Origin: Ostrea edulis
Lineage: Eukaryota
Length of the DNA: 64,000 bases
Assembly: GCF_947568905.1 (NCBI RefSeq)
Contig: NC_079164.1
Location: 26,288,001 to 26,352,000 of the forward strand
Direction: 5' to 3'
A program made the position numbers and the translations under genes. The notes under the pieces were generated by a model. That model searched no databases. It saw only the letters and a program-made list of their open reading frames with translations, and was not told the DNA's origin. This document shows positions 35,701-51,400 of this stretch, in pieces (positions within the stretch are counted from its first letter, which is position 1; every line of letters begins with the position of its first letter).

Positions 35701-38700
35701 CATCCATACACTAGCAGCTTGTACAGGCATGTATTTTCAAAATAAGTCGTACAGGTAGTTAGCTACATGTAACAGTTCAATGTAGATGAAATGCGTATAT
35801 ACTTTGTTTGATTTTAGCCCACTTTTGTACTTTGCACAATTGTATTATGCATATTATGTACAAGAAAGAAATTAAAATGAAAATTATCTATTTGTACCAT
35901 TTTGTTTTACAATTTCAAATTGTACTAAATGACAATATACATCATGATATTTTTAACTAATTCCAATCCCTTTATCACAAGATTCTCCCAGGACGACACG
36001 GCAGATACAGCGTGTCACAAGCTATCGTTCTGTTTCACGGATCCCAGTACAGACACCTGTCATATCTTCCCTAGGAAACCCAGCCATAGAGATAGGTTGC
36101 TGAAATTTGTCCAGGTATGGAAGTACAATATATCAATTGTCAACATACATAGAGTATTAAATCACTCTCCTAAGTTATAGTAACACTAAATGCCCTCGCT
36201 TTAAGTCAGGAAAAGCAGATATTTATTAGTGTCTTTCCGTTCTTCTGTGTCTGTCTTTCGGTGGATCGGTCTTTCTTGAAATTTTACTTTATACAATTGA
36301 ATATATGTTTTAAAATATAGTAACACATGACATTTTTCCTAAAGTTTCATTGAAAGAGTTTTGTCAATTTATTGATGTATCCAAGTCTCGGCTACACTTT
36401 AAAACACATAGAATATGCATTTCCTTGAACTAAATTAAAAAATAATAATAATGAAGAAACGACCCAGAAATCACGAAACTTATACTTGAACTTTAAAAGT
36501 ATGCATATCCTTATATTTACATGAACATTTCCAATGTTTTTTCATTCGATGTCTTTAAACCAGTTGAAATGATAGCCATTTCCAATGTGCCTATCAATCT
36601 TGATAAATATATAGTACGACTGTTCTTACGGCTGGGAATATTCAGAAATGAAAGTAAAATGTAAATGTAAAAAAATAAATAAATTTCCAAAACTATTCCA
36701 TTTTGATTTACTAGGTCTCGAATAACTGGATAGAACGGTAGCTTAAACAGTACATGTTCATCAAATTAAACAGCACACGCTCATCAAATTAAACAGCACA
36801 CGCTCATCAAATTAAACAGTACATGTTCATCAAATCAAACAGTACATGTTCATCAAATTAAACAGTACATGTTCATCAAATTAAACAGCACACGCTCATC
36901 AAATTAAACAGCACACGCTCATCAAATTAAACAGTACATGTTCATCAAATCAAACAGTACACGCTCATCAAATTAAACAGTACATGTTCATCAAATCAAA
37001 CAGTACACGCTCATCAAATTAAACAGTACATGTTCATCAAATTAAACAGTACATGTTCATCAAATCAAACAGTACATGTTCATCAAATCAAACAGTACAT
37101 GTTCATCAAATTAAACAGTACATGTTCATCAAATCAAACAGTACATGTTCATCAAATTAAACAGTACATGTTCATCAAATTAAACAGCACACGCTCATCA
37201 AATTAAACAGCACACGCTCATCAAATTAAACAGTACATGTTCATCAAATCAAACAGCACATGTTCATCAAATTAAACAGCACACGCTCATCAAATCAAAC
37301 AGTACATGCTCATCAAATCAAACAGTACATGCTCATCAAATTAAACAGTACATGTTCATCAAATTAAACAGTACATGTTCATCAAATTAAACATTACATG
37401 TTCATCAAATTAAACATTACATGTTCATCAAATTAAACAGCACACGCTCATCAGATTAAACAGTACACGCTCATCAGATTAAACAGCACACGCTCATCAG
37501 ATTAAACAGTACATGTTCATCAAATTAAACAGTACATGTTCATCAAATTAAACATTACATGTTCATCAAATTAAACATTACATGTTCATCAAATTAAACA
37601 GCACACACTCATCAAATTAAACAGCACACGCTCATCAAATTAAACAGTACATGTTCCTCAAATTAAACAGTACATGTTCATCAAATTAAACAGCACATGC
37701 TCATCAAATTAAACAGCACACGCTCATCAGATTAAACAGTACATGTTCATCAAATTAAACAGCACACGCTCATCAAATTAAACAGTACATGTTCATCAAA
37801 TTAAACAGCACACGCTCATCAGATTAAACAGTACATGTTCATCAAATTAAACAGTACATGTTCATCAAATTAAACAGCACATGCTCATCAAATTAAACAG
37901 CACACGCTCATCAGATTAAACAGTACATGTTCATCAAATTAAACAGCACACGCTCATCAGATTAAACAGTACATGTTCATCAAATTAAACAGCACACGCT
38001 CGATCATCAGATTAAACAGTACATGTTCATCAAATTAAACAGCACATGTTCATCAAATTAAACAGCACACGCTCATCAGATTAAACAGCACACGCTCATC
38101 AGATTAAACAGTACATGTTCATTAAATTAAACAGTACATGTTCATCAAATTAAACATTACATGTTCATCAAATTAAACAGTACACGCTCATCAGATTAAA
38201 CAGTACATGTTCATCAAATTAAACATTACATGTTCATCAAATTAAACAGTACATGTTCATTAAATTAAACAGTACATGTTTATCAAATTAAACAGTACAC
38301 GCTTATCAGATTAAACATTACATGTTCATCAAATTAAACAGTACATGTTCATCAAAATAAACAGTACTTGTTCATTAAATTGTATTATGGACAGATTTAT
38401 TCATTGCGTGTTCAATTTTTGTGCGGAGAGTTAGCGTATTTGAAATTGCTTTTTACTTTAAAAATATTGAGGACAATGTTAAAGCTATCATGGTTTTATG
38501 ACTTGTCCCATTGCTTTGCTCTGATTTGACGCCACCACATGAAAAGCTCCATTCGATTTCTGCAATTTTTCACATGTCTTCCTCTCTGAATAATCGATGA
38601 CCTATATTGCTTTTGAAGACAAAGGTCATGTTGTCCTGCTCACATAAGTTAACAAGATGGTCTCTGGACGATATCTCCGATGTTCTTCTTTTGTAAAATC

Positions 38701-41700
38701 TCAAATACCAGCCGTAAGATAAACTGAGGCACACAGATTTTTTTTTTTTTTAGACCAACAGACGTCATCGGACCGGGGCGAATATTTGCGATTTACCAGG
38801 AATAAAAAGGATCTGCGCCTGGATTAATGAGTAAATATCTAAAATTTCTTCACAGTTTCTTTTAGAATACACTGAAAAGATAGATATTGCTTTTGTTGTT
38901 CCGCACCACGTTTGGGGCGGTAATTTCTTCACAGATATGTGGTACTTCAACCGGCATGATACTCTGACTGCTTTGTGGTATAAAAGGAGTGAAGGATTAC
39001 ACACGAACCACATACCGGTATCAGCAAGAAAACTTGCTAGTTGTGTCTATCTAGGCAACTAGGTATAATTTTAGTGTAACAATCAAGATAACTGGTAGTT
39101 TTAGAGTGTCTATCAAGATAACTGGTAGTTTTAGTGTGTCTATCAAGATAACTGGTAGTTTTAGTGTCTATCTAGATAACTGGTAGTTTTAGTGTGTCTA
39201 TCAAGATAACTGGTAGTTTTAGTGTGTCTATCAAGATAACTGGTAGTTTTAGTGTCTATCTAGACAACTGGTAGTTTAATGTGTCTATCAAGATAACTGG
39301 TAGTTTTAGTATGTCTATCAAGATAACTGATAGTTTTAGAGTGTCTATCAAGATAACTGGTAGTTTTAGTGTGTCTAACTAGATAACTGGTGGTTTTATT
39401 GTGTCTATCAAGATAACTGGTAGTTTTAGTGCGTCTATCAAGATAACTGGTAGTTTTAGTGCGTCTATCAAGATAACTGGTAGTTTTAGTGTGTCTATCA
39501 ATATAGCTGGTAGTTTTAGTGTGTCTATCAAGATAACTGGTAGTTTTAGTGTTTATCAAGATAACTGGTAGTCCTAGAGTGTCTATCAAGATAACAGGTA
39601 ATTTTAGTGTGTCTATCAAGATAACCGGTAGTTTTAGTGTGCCTATTAAGATAACCGGTAGTTTTAGTGTCTATCTAGATAACTGGTAGTTTTAGTGTGT
39701 CTATTAAGATAACTGATAGTTTTAGTGTTTATCAAGATAACTGGTAGTTTTAGAGTGTCTATCAAGATAACTGGTAGTTTTAGTATGTCTATCAAGATAA
39801 CTGATAGTTTTAGAGTGTCTATCAAGATAACTAGTAGTTTTAGAATGTCTATCAAGATAACTGGTAGTTTTAATGTGTCTATCAAGATAACCGGTAGTTT
39901 TAGTGTGTCTATCAAGATAACTGGTAGTTTTAGTGTGTCTATTAAGATAACCGGTAGTTTTAGTGTCTATCTAGATAACCGGTAGTTTTAGTGTGTCTAT
40001 CAAGATAACTGGTAGTTTTAGTGTGTCTATCAAGATAACCGGTAGTTTTAGTGTGCCTATTAAGATAACTGGTAGTTTTAGAGTGTCTATCAAGATAACT
40101 AGTAGTTTTAGTGTGCCTATTAAGATAACCGATAGTTTTAGTGTTTATCAAGATAACTGGTAGTTTTAGAGTGTCTATCAAGATACCAGGTAGTTTTAGT
40201 GTGTCTATCAAGATAACTGGTAGTTTTAGTGTGCCTATTAAGATAACTGATAGTTTTAGTGTTTATCAAGATAACTGGTAGTTTTAGAGTGTCTATCAAG
40301 ATAACAGGTAGTTTTAGTGTGTCTATCAAGATAACCGGTAGTTTTAGTGTGTCTATCAAGATAACTGGTAGTTTTAGTGTGCCTATTAAGATAACCGGTA
40401 GTTTTAGAGTGTCTATAAATATAACTGGTAGTTTTAGTGTGTATATCGAGATAACTGGTAGTTTTAGTGTATCTATCAAGATAACCGGTAGTTTTAGTGT
40501 GCCTATTAAAATAACCGGTAGTTTTAGTGTCTATCTAGATAACTGGTAGTTTTAGTGTGTCTAATAAGATAACTGATAGTTTTAGTGTTTATCAAGATAA
40601 CTGGTAGTTTTAGAGTGTCTATCAAGATAACTAGTAGTTTTAGTGTGTCTATTAAGATAACTGATAGTTTTAGTGTTTATCAAGATAACAGGTAGTTTTA
40701 GTGTGTCTATCAAGATAACCGGTAGTTTTAATGTGTCTATCAAGATAACCGGTAGTTTTAGTGTGTCTATTAAGATAACCGGTAGTTTTAGAGTGTCTAT
40801 AAATATAACTGGTAGTTTTAGTGTGTATATCGAGATAACTGGTAGTTTCAGTGTGTCTATTAAGATAACTGGTAGTTTTAGTCTCTGGATAGCTATGTAT
40901 ACTTTTAGTTGGTAGCTTAAATTTCTAACTTCTGTAGAAATACATGTATATGTTAATTGATTTCTATGTGTCATCTCTACGTTGTATTTAAACCAAGACT
41001 GATGTACAGTGAACAGTATTTCTGTCTTGTATACCAATCGTATCATCTATGATTTCACTTTTTTCTTGCAGTATATTTAGTAAACACGATCCCGCCATAG
41101 ACCTGGACGGCGACTTCCACAGCGTGTACCAGGTAAGTGTAATAAACTGTCCATCTAACAATATGTCATATATCCCATCGGGTCAACATCAGAATTATTG
41201 AACCACCAAGGGGTAATATATTTATGCAACAGTATTTTTATTTTGCATGTTTTGTTGACTGTAAGACAACTAATTTTTGTTAAAGAGTAAATATCGTGAA
41301 TATTGTGCATCAGCACACCGACGAATTAATATCATTCATGGAATGAGAAAGTGAATTCCACCATGCCTGGGTGCCACTTCAGAGAGGACACCATGAACCA
41401 CAGTGTATTTGACCTGGTGAAAATAAGCGGTGTTATACAGTATGCAATAAACCGAATTCTAAATATATTTCTTTTGATCGCAGACTTTAAGAGGGTCATC
41501 TTGGCGAGGAAAAGATTGTGATGACGAAAGGGAATTATTTCATCCGGGTGCAAAGTAAGTTTACAGTCTTGACAGTTGTTTCTGGACCATCAAGAGCGGT
41601 CTTCATACGACGTGTTTAAAAACCAAATTAAGATCAAATAATGGAACTAATGATTAAAGCTATATATGTTGTATTTAGTTGTATTTTTTCTATGTTGGAA

Positions 41701-42421
41701 ACCAGACCAAAATTTTGTCAGTATAACTATTTAGAATGCTTAATTTCTTTGACAACTCTTTTACTGGTATAAACCAAGTACTGATCGTGATTTATGAGGG
41801 ATTGACGATTATATCGAATGTGCGCTTGCATAGGAAAAATATTATAAGACATAATGAAGATAAGTGGTCGTAGTGCAGTTTAAAGTTTGTTCAAATCATG
41901 ACCCCGGGGATAGGATGGGGCCACAATAGGGTTCAAAATTTTAAAAGGGGATAGGATAAATCTTTGAAAATCTTCTCAAGAACAACAAGGTCATGATTAA
42001 TCTTAGTAATATTTTATTTTGCCCCTGTGACTAAAGACTGTTGGGGGTGTTGTTTTTGTCTGTCTGAAACTTGAACCTTGCTCATAACTTTTGAATGTTG
42101 GGTGATAAGGCTCTCATATTTCACATGTGTATTCCTTGTGACAAAACCTTTTAAAGTTTTTTACTTGTGGCCTTGACCTTTGCGTTTGACCTAGTTTTAA
42201 GAAAATCTAACCTAGGCAATATCTCCTGAACTACGTAAAATAGGGTTTCATATTTTATTTTATATAAAGATTCCTTTTGTCAAAAGACTTTTTTTTCTTA
42301 ATGTTTTATTTTTGTATTTTGAATAAACACATTTATACATAACGTACAACTGTAATCTACACTCACTCATTCACACTTGCAATTACTCTGTGCACCTTCT
42401 GCATTCACAACAATAACAATG

Positions 42422-42474
<53 letters not shown>

Positions 42475-45400
42475 CTCGTATATACATACACATTCAAAGA
42501 TAAAGGTAATTAATTGCATCCGACAATTTGGGTTTTGAGCCCTGTGATATGGAGTAATAAATGTGCTTTTTTGCTAACTACAAAAAAGTTTCCAAACAAC
42601 TTCCGTCAATATTACCTAGTAACACAATTCTTGTGATTTTATAATTTTTTTCAAATGCATTGTACTATTTCACAAAATCTCTCCAGAACGCAGATACATA
42701 TACACAGTCATAAAAAATATGAGTGACTGTTCTCTTTCGCTTTTGCAAAATGAACGCAAATCATTATCTACAAGTTTATGTTTATGAGGGAAAGGGTTTG
42801 TAGCTATACAACACATAAGCATACGGTATTGAAAATAAATAAATTTTGTTTCTTTTGTGCATAATGATGCGTTCATACAGTAAAATTCCTAACATTTTCC
42901 TGAAATAGTTTCACTGAGATAAGTTTCCCACTTCTCTCTTTTGAGTTATGGGGCTATGAACTTCTTTTCCTTCAAAACTTGATATAAAAATTGAACATTT
43001 TTGAACTAGACTTTGTCAAGAAACTTATTTGATACCTGATGCTTGACCTTGTGACCTTGAAGTTTGACCGAAATTTTAAAACTTTAATCCTATGTTTTAC
43101 TTGTGGTGCATCTTTCATTTCTATACATTCCTTGTGACAAGACCTTTCGTTTTGGTACCAAAGATTTTGACGTTGTAATCTTGATCTTGGATTTTGACTG
43201 ACTTTGATGAAAAGTTAACTTAATAGGCAATATCCTGTGAGCTGCTTAAGGTTGGGATTTCTTATATAGATTCCTCATGGAAAGACCTTACATTTCACAC
43301 CATGTTTTATTTTTTTTAACCTTGTGACCTTGTATCATGGTTGTGATGTGACTCTATTGGGCTAGACTGGAACCACAATATGGGGTCAGTTTTCTTTATG
43401 GGAATATCTTTTAAAAATCAGAGTAGCTGGAGAACAGCAGGGCCAATGTTATTCATGTGAGCAATGTGGCACATAGGCCTCTTTGTTTGACGATGCTCAC
43501 GTGGCTGTGAATGGTTATGGGCCTATTGTTTTAGTTGTTTTTGACACATGTATGGCGCTCATGAACTGCGCTTGCATGATTTCTATTTTCTTCTCTTTTC
43601 AGACCAATAAATGGCGACAAAACCATGGATTCTAACTGCAATGGCATCTATGCAAGTTAACATATAATGTTTAAATCTTGAGAAAATTAAAGAAAATCTT
43701 AGTAAAGTAGAATACATGTACACTGTGTATTAAAGACTTCAGTTATTTCTTTATATTCACATTTTCAACTGTTTTCTCTGTGATAAAACTTTGAAGTTAC
43801 AATTTGTTAATCTCCCCACGACCTACGTATCAGTTAAATGTTCAGTTAAATGTTAATCTCCCCACGACCTACGTATCAGTTAATGCGAAATGGAAGGTCA
43901 GTGGGCGGTAACTCTGGAAATTAACATATAATGCCATGTGTATTTCAATTTATATTGGGCAATATTTTGATCTATCGGGTTTTTTTAATTGCAGTTGGCC
44001 TTAGGCCGTCCTTGTTTTACGTCGCTCGTTAACAATTTTACATTTTTAATTTCTTCTTGAAAACTACAGGGTCAATTCTTACCATATTTTAGTGTAAAGC
44101 ATCTCTAGGATAAGAGGAATATAAATTGTGAAATTTATTACCTTACCACCCCTGGGACCTCATGGGCGGGGCCAAATATGCTTTAAAGGACTATATTTTC
44201 AAAAATCTTCTTCTCTACTCTCACACATGTGGTAGAAAAACTAAATGCATGGTTATTATGTCCATGAAACCTTCTATCAAACTTGTGAAATTCATGGCCC
44301 ATAGGTCAGGAGTTAAAGTCCTAGGACAGGGCCAATATGACCTTATAGTGAACATGTATTGAATCTTAGAAAATCTTCATCTCTAATCCCATATATATTT
44401 GAGAAAAATCCAAATGCATGTTTATGATGTCCATAAGCTCTCTACCTAAATCATGAAATTCATGGCTCCTTGGTCAGACCCTAGGGCGGGGTCAATATGG
44501 CCATAAAGTGAAAATGTATTAAATTTTAGAAATTCTTCTTCTGTACCTTCATATATATTTGAGAAAAACTAAATGCATGATTATGATATCGATAAATTGT
44601 GAATTCATGGTTCCTGGGTCAGGGGTTCAGACTCTTGGGTAGGGTCTACTGTGTATATGGCCACATAATGAAATGTAACAAAATCTTATTTTTTCTTTTC
44701 TACTTTCACAGTTATGGGAAATAAATGCATGGTTCCGATATTCGTAATGTCTTCTTTTTAAATTGTGAAAGAAATTCACGGCCCATGGGTCAGGGGTTTA
44801 GGCTTTCGGGGTGGTGGTGGTGGAGGTGGTGGAAGACAGTAGAGAGATTGGTAATGTCAAAATGATGTAAATTTAGGCTTCATATTTCCATTTTCCTTCT
44901 TCTGTAATTGAATGGGAATTGTAAGCATATTTTGAAAGATCATAAACATGTGTACACAAGACCCTATATTGAGGCTCTGTATGGGCTATGATACTTAAGT
45001 GACCGTTAAGCTCGTGGACCTCTTGTTATTTCAAATACATGTATAAGTACGAGGAAGCCGTTATGCAAATAATCATGTTTTCCATTCACATACGCGACAA
45101 ACTAGACAGTGATTCCTTATGTCTTGTTTAGGGCATAAACCCTACGAGTGGGCGTGGTTATGAGGATGAGTTGTGCGGCACTAGCCAATCACGAGGAGTA
45201 GCGGTTCTGGGCGATTCCATTAGTGCTCACTTCCACCTTCCCAGAGAATGGCTGAATACCACAGAGATGTCCCTGGTATAGTATAGGGTTCATGACATGC
45301 CCGATCTTTGGCTACATCAACTGCTTTTCTTTGAGAATAAAACTAAAAATATTTTCATTTGTTTGTTTAATAGAAAGTATTCGAGCCACTTCCATTTATC

Positions 45401-48400
45401 TTGGAGAATGAAATCGACTGGCCTGAGTTTTCGTCTGTGACAGGTAGCGTAGGATCAATATGTACTGGACTATATTATATGTCACCACAAAAAGCCGTTT
45501 TCTTTGTATTGTAAGAATGAACTGAGGGAATATTGACATTGAACGGTATTTTTTCTCTGACAGCTTTCAGGAACAACACAGATCCATTCCATGAAGTTCT
45601 GCATGGACCAGTGGATTCCGTGTACAAGAGACTGTTTGAAAGGAACCATTGCAATCACAGGGACTACCAAAACATCGGCGTCAATGGTAGTTATCCAAGA
45701 CTGATGAGTCAAAATGAATTCCTGTTTTAGTTATGGAAAACGATGTAGATGTGATGCATCTAGAAGGAAATCAGACAAGCATAACAACCATCACATACCA
45801 GTCCGAAATACTAAGATATAATGCAACAGGAACAAAGTTAGGCAGATGAAAACAAATAACAAATTTTATGTCTCACATTACACTGCAGTTTGCAAGAATG
45901 AACAAGGTTATTATACCCGCTCATCGAAGTACAGGTGTAGTTACAGGAATCACGCTGTCAGTCTGTCCATCCTCCCATGTGTCTGTGTAATCTTGTCTAA
46001 AAATACAAAAGCATTCGTATCCAGATCATGAATGTGTAACAAAGCAACGTTAGATGTTCATACTGTACGCATGCTTGCTTAACCTTTGCAGTTTTGAGGT
46101 AAATGGCATCCAGGGTTATTTGGATAAAATGAAAGTTACTGGGAGAAAACGAAAATCGGTCCTTTCAATATACTGTAAATGTATAACATTTGGCTGTGTA
46201 TTCTATTTAGCGCCTTTAGCGGAACGCATCAGTACATCGCTAAATGCCATCCGTAAATCTAGATGTTTAAAGTAATTCAGGAATGCGCTAAATCAAATCT
46301 ACGCTAACTTGTTGAAAAAACGATTTCCGCCAAATATCGTACACGCCAAATATAATACGTTTACAGTATATAAATGGTCACAACTGATATTCGGTTGCTT
46401 ACAACAGAGAGGGATATCATTCTTTTGGATCAAGGGCATGTGCAAAAGGTCATCTGAAGGTCATTTAGAGAAAAACAACAAATTCATTTTCGTGTCATGT
46501 TTTATTTTTAAACCATCACACTAACGAATGTTCCTTAGAGCTTGTGTACGTATCACATTATTAGACCAAAGTCATTTTCAGAACGTCAAGGTCACTGAAG
46601 AATGCTTGTGCAAGTCATTTTGTCCAGGCCATGTATCTGTAATGATATTTATACTTAACCAAAAGGTGCCTTTTTACTAATTCTGAATCTTGACCCTGCA
46701 CCAGGGCCCTTTCTGACAGGAACTCAATCGAGTTTGTTAAATGAATGCATGATAGAGAGATTGCACAAAGGCACCTGAATTATGGATACCACTACCCCCT
46801 CCCCCCTTTCTGATTTTCTTGCGGCGATAATTTCCATACCTTTCTAAGAAATTATCGCCGCAAAAAAATCAGAAGTGGGGATAGTAGTATCCATACTTCA
46901 GGTACCTGTGAGATTACAGATGTGCGTACGAGAGCTGTTCGATATGTAATGTGTATTGTACCACAGCGTGATAACGCTTTGCACGATTTTGTGGATGATG
47001 GTACTTTTGAATAGCTCTATTCAATACCTTTCCAACGGTATAAACACGAGCCTTCAGCTCTACATAGTTTTAAACTTATAGTAATTTCAATAGAACCAGT
47101 CGTTAACCAATGTTGTAAAAATTATTGGGAAACGGGTTGAGAATATTGAAGAAATTAGAGCTTATATAAAAGTTCGCACAAAACCCAGTCACTGGGTAAT
47201 GCAGATTTTTACTGAATTGGGGGAAGTTTATGGGTCTGATAAGGTATCTTATGAGACAGTTCGTAGGTGGAGAAAGAATTTCTGACTGGCAGAGTCCATC
47301 AAAGATGCAGCAAAATCTGGCCAACCTGTGACTGTAACAGGCAAAGCAAAAGTCAGAGAAATAATTGAAAGTGGTGGCAGATACACGATTCGTGATATTG
47401 CCAAAGCTGTTGGCATGTCGCTATCGCATGGGTTTACTATTTCGAACCAGTAAGAAAAATTGGAAACAAAATATGGCTAACTAAACACGGTAGAAGGCCT
47501 GTAGTTGCCAAAAGAACCATAAGCACAAAGAATGTTCTTTATTGCATATTCTTCTCATGTGATGGTATAACCGTACAAATTCCGGTGCCGAAGGGCAAAA
47601 GTGTTACAGGTCGGTATTACCGAGATGTTATACTAAAATATCTCAAGAAATATTATCATAAATGACGCCCTGTGTCAGGATTTAGGCATGTTCGTCTATT
47701 TCATGATAATGCTCCATCACATACATCTGAGCTTGTAAAGCAATTTTTGAACTCGGAGAAGGTTACCGTCTTGCCACACCCACCATACTCTCTAGATCTA
47801 GTCCCATGCGACTTTTTCCTTTTTCCAAAACTAAAAAGTTCTTATCTGGTTGTTGTTACAAGTCCCGACAAACCCTTGGCTCAGCCATCAGTCAGTGCCC
47901 CAGAGGTCTACCTAAATGAGCATACCGTGACGCATTTCAGAAATGGATTCAGAGATTGAAATTATGTATTTCCAACCGCGGAGAATACTTTGAAGGGATG
48001 TAATGTTCATTTCAATATTTGAGTCGAATGCTTTTGAGATATCGTACAATACACACTACATATCGAACAGCCCTCGCACTACAATTAGACTCCGGTCTGA
48101 ATGAGCCCCTTCGAGGTATTACTCCTGCTATTTTTAAGACCGGGATAGCAAACACGTTTTTATATCAATTGTATAAGGTATACCTGAAATTATTGTGCAT
48201 AAAATGAGTAACTTGTACGGTTAAAAAAAACCAAAAAGATTTTTTTTAAAAACGTCAACTAAAGCTAAGGAATTGCTTTGACAGTAAGCATCAGAATATG
48301 AATAGAAAAAATACAGTTGACGGTGTTTACAATTTAATTCATACGCGTTAGATTAATCAATTGATGAATAATTATACTTCTTGATATAAATGCTACTTTC

Positions 48401-51400
48401 AAGTGCAAACAGTTTACAAATTAATCAGATAATTAAAAATACATTGAATGCCGACAAAGGTCAGTGATCTATATAACAATGTTGTATGCCTATCTTCCAA
48501 TTAATGCTTTAGTATTCCACCCATCGCATCACCTATCTAAATCACCACCCAACACATCACAACCTAGCACATCACCTACCTACATCACCACCCAACACAT
48601 CACCTACCTACATCACCACACAACACACCACCTACCTACATCACCACCCAACACATCACCTACCTACAACTCTACACAACACATCACCACCCATCGCATC
48701 ACCTATCTAAATCACCACCCAACACATCACAACCTAGCACATCACCTACCTACATCACCACCCAACACATCACCTACCTACATCACCACCCAACACATCA
48801 CCACCCAACACATCACCTACCTACATCACCACCCAACACATCACCACCCAACACATCACCTACCTACATCACCACCCAACACATCATCACACAACACATC
48901 ACCACCCAACACATCACCTACCTACATCATCACCCAACACACCACCTACCTACATCACCACCCAACACACCACCTACCTACATCACCACCCAACACATCA
49001 CCTACCTACATCACCACCCAACACATCACCTACCTACAACACCACCCAACATATCACCTACCTACATCACCACCCAACACACCACCTACCTACATCACCA
49101 CCCAACATATCACCTACCTACATCACCACCCAACACACCACCTACCTACATCACCACCCAACACATCACCTACCTACATCATCACCCAACACACCACCTA
49201 CCTACATCACCACCCAACACATCACCTACCTACATCACCACCCAACACATCACCTACCTACATCACCACCCAACACATCACCTACCTACATCATCACCCA
49301 ACACATCACCACCCAACACATCACCTACCTACATCACCACCCAACACATCACCTACCTACATCACCACCCAACACATCACCTACCTACATCATCACCCAA
49401 CACATCACCACCCAACACATCACCTACCTACATCACCACCCAACACATCACCTACCTACATCATCACCCAACACATCACCACCCAACACATCACCTACCT
49501 ACATCACCACCCAACACATCACCACCCAACACATCACCTACCTACATCACCACCCAACACATCACCTACCTACATCACCACCCAACACATCACCTACCTA
49601 CATCACCACCCAACACATCACCACCCAACACATCACTTACCTACATCACCACCCAACACATCACCTACCTACATCATCACCCAACACATCACCACCCAAC
49701 ACATCACCTACCTACATCACCACCCAACACATCACTTACCTACATCACCACCCAACACACCACCTACCTACATCACCACCCAACACATCACCTACCTACA
49801 TCACCACCCAACACACCACCTACCTACATCACCACCCAACACATCACCTACCTACATCACCACACAACACATCACCACGCAACACATCACCTACCTACAT
49901 CATCACCCAACACATCACCTACCTACATCACCACCCAACACACCACCTACCTACATCACCACCCAACACACCACCTACCTACATCACCACCCAACACATC
50001 ACCTACCTACATCACCACCCAACACATCACCTACCTACATCATCACCCAACACATCACCACCCAACACATCACCTACCTACATCACCACCCAACACATCA
50101 CCTACCTACATCATCACCCAACACATCACCACCCAACACATCACCTACCTACATCACCACCCAACACATCACCACCCAACACATCACCTACCTACATCAC
50201 CACCCAACACATCACCTACCTACATCACCACCCAACACATCACCTACCTACATCACCACCCAACACATCACCACCCAACACATCACTTACCTACATCACC
50301 ACCCAACACATCACCTACCTACATCATCACCCAACACATCACCACCCAACACATCACCTACCTACATCACCACCCAACACATCACTTACCTACATCACCA
50401 CCCAACACACCACCTACCTACATCACCACCCAACACATCACCTACCTACATCACCACCCAACACACCACCTACCTACATCACCACCCAACACATCACCTA
50501 CCTACATCACCACACAACACATCACCACCCAACACATCACCTACCTACATCATCACCCAACACATCACCTACCTACATCACCACCCAACACATCACCTAC
50601 CTACATCACCACCCAACACACCACCTACCTACATCACCACCCAACACACCACCTACCTACATCACCACCCAACACATCACCTACCTACATCACCACCCAA
50701 CATATCACCTACCTACATCACCACCCAACACATCACCTACCTACATCACCACCCAACACATCACCTACCTACATCACCACCCAACATATCACCTACCTAC
50801 ATCACCACCCAACACATCACCTACCTACATCACCACCCAACACACCACCTACCTACATCACCATCCAACACATCACCTACCTACATCACCACCCAACACA
50901 TCACCTACCTACATCACCACCCAACACACCACCTACCTACATCACCACCCAACACATCACCACCCAACACATCACAACCTAGCACATCACCTACCTACAT
51001 CATCACCCAACACATCACCACCCAACACATCACCTACCTACATCACCACCCAACACACCACCTACCTACATCACCACCCAACACATCACCACCCAACACA
51101 TCACCTACCTACATCATCACCCAACACATCACCACCCAACACACCACCTACCTACATCACCACCCAACACATCACCTACCCAAATCACCACCCAACACAT
51201 CACCTACCCAAATCACCACCAAACACATCACCTACCTACATCACCCAACACATCACCTACCTACATCACCACCCAACACACCACCTACCTACATCACCAC
51301 CCAACACATCACCTACCTACATCACCACCCAACACATCACCTACCCAAATCACCACCCAACACATCACCACCCAGCACATCATCACACAACACATCACCT

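Noticed and set aside
39075-40882. ttttag|20 nt|gtagtt splice-like pattern in each 30-mer
   Set aside because: No homology to any exon, 10-nt spacers, no polypyrimidine tract, and 20 nt is not frame-preserving; likely coincidence.
39260-41046. Repetitive ORFs (IDTLKLPVIL, SIKITGSF)
   Set aside because: Translations of the 30-bp minisatellite.
47672-47959. SETMAR-like host gene
   Set aside because: The fragment lies between mariner TIRs with stops and frameshifts and has no SET-domain exons.
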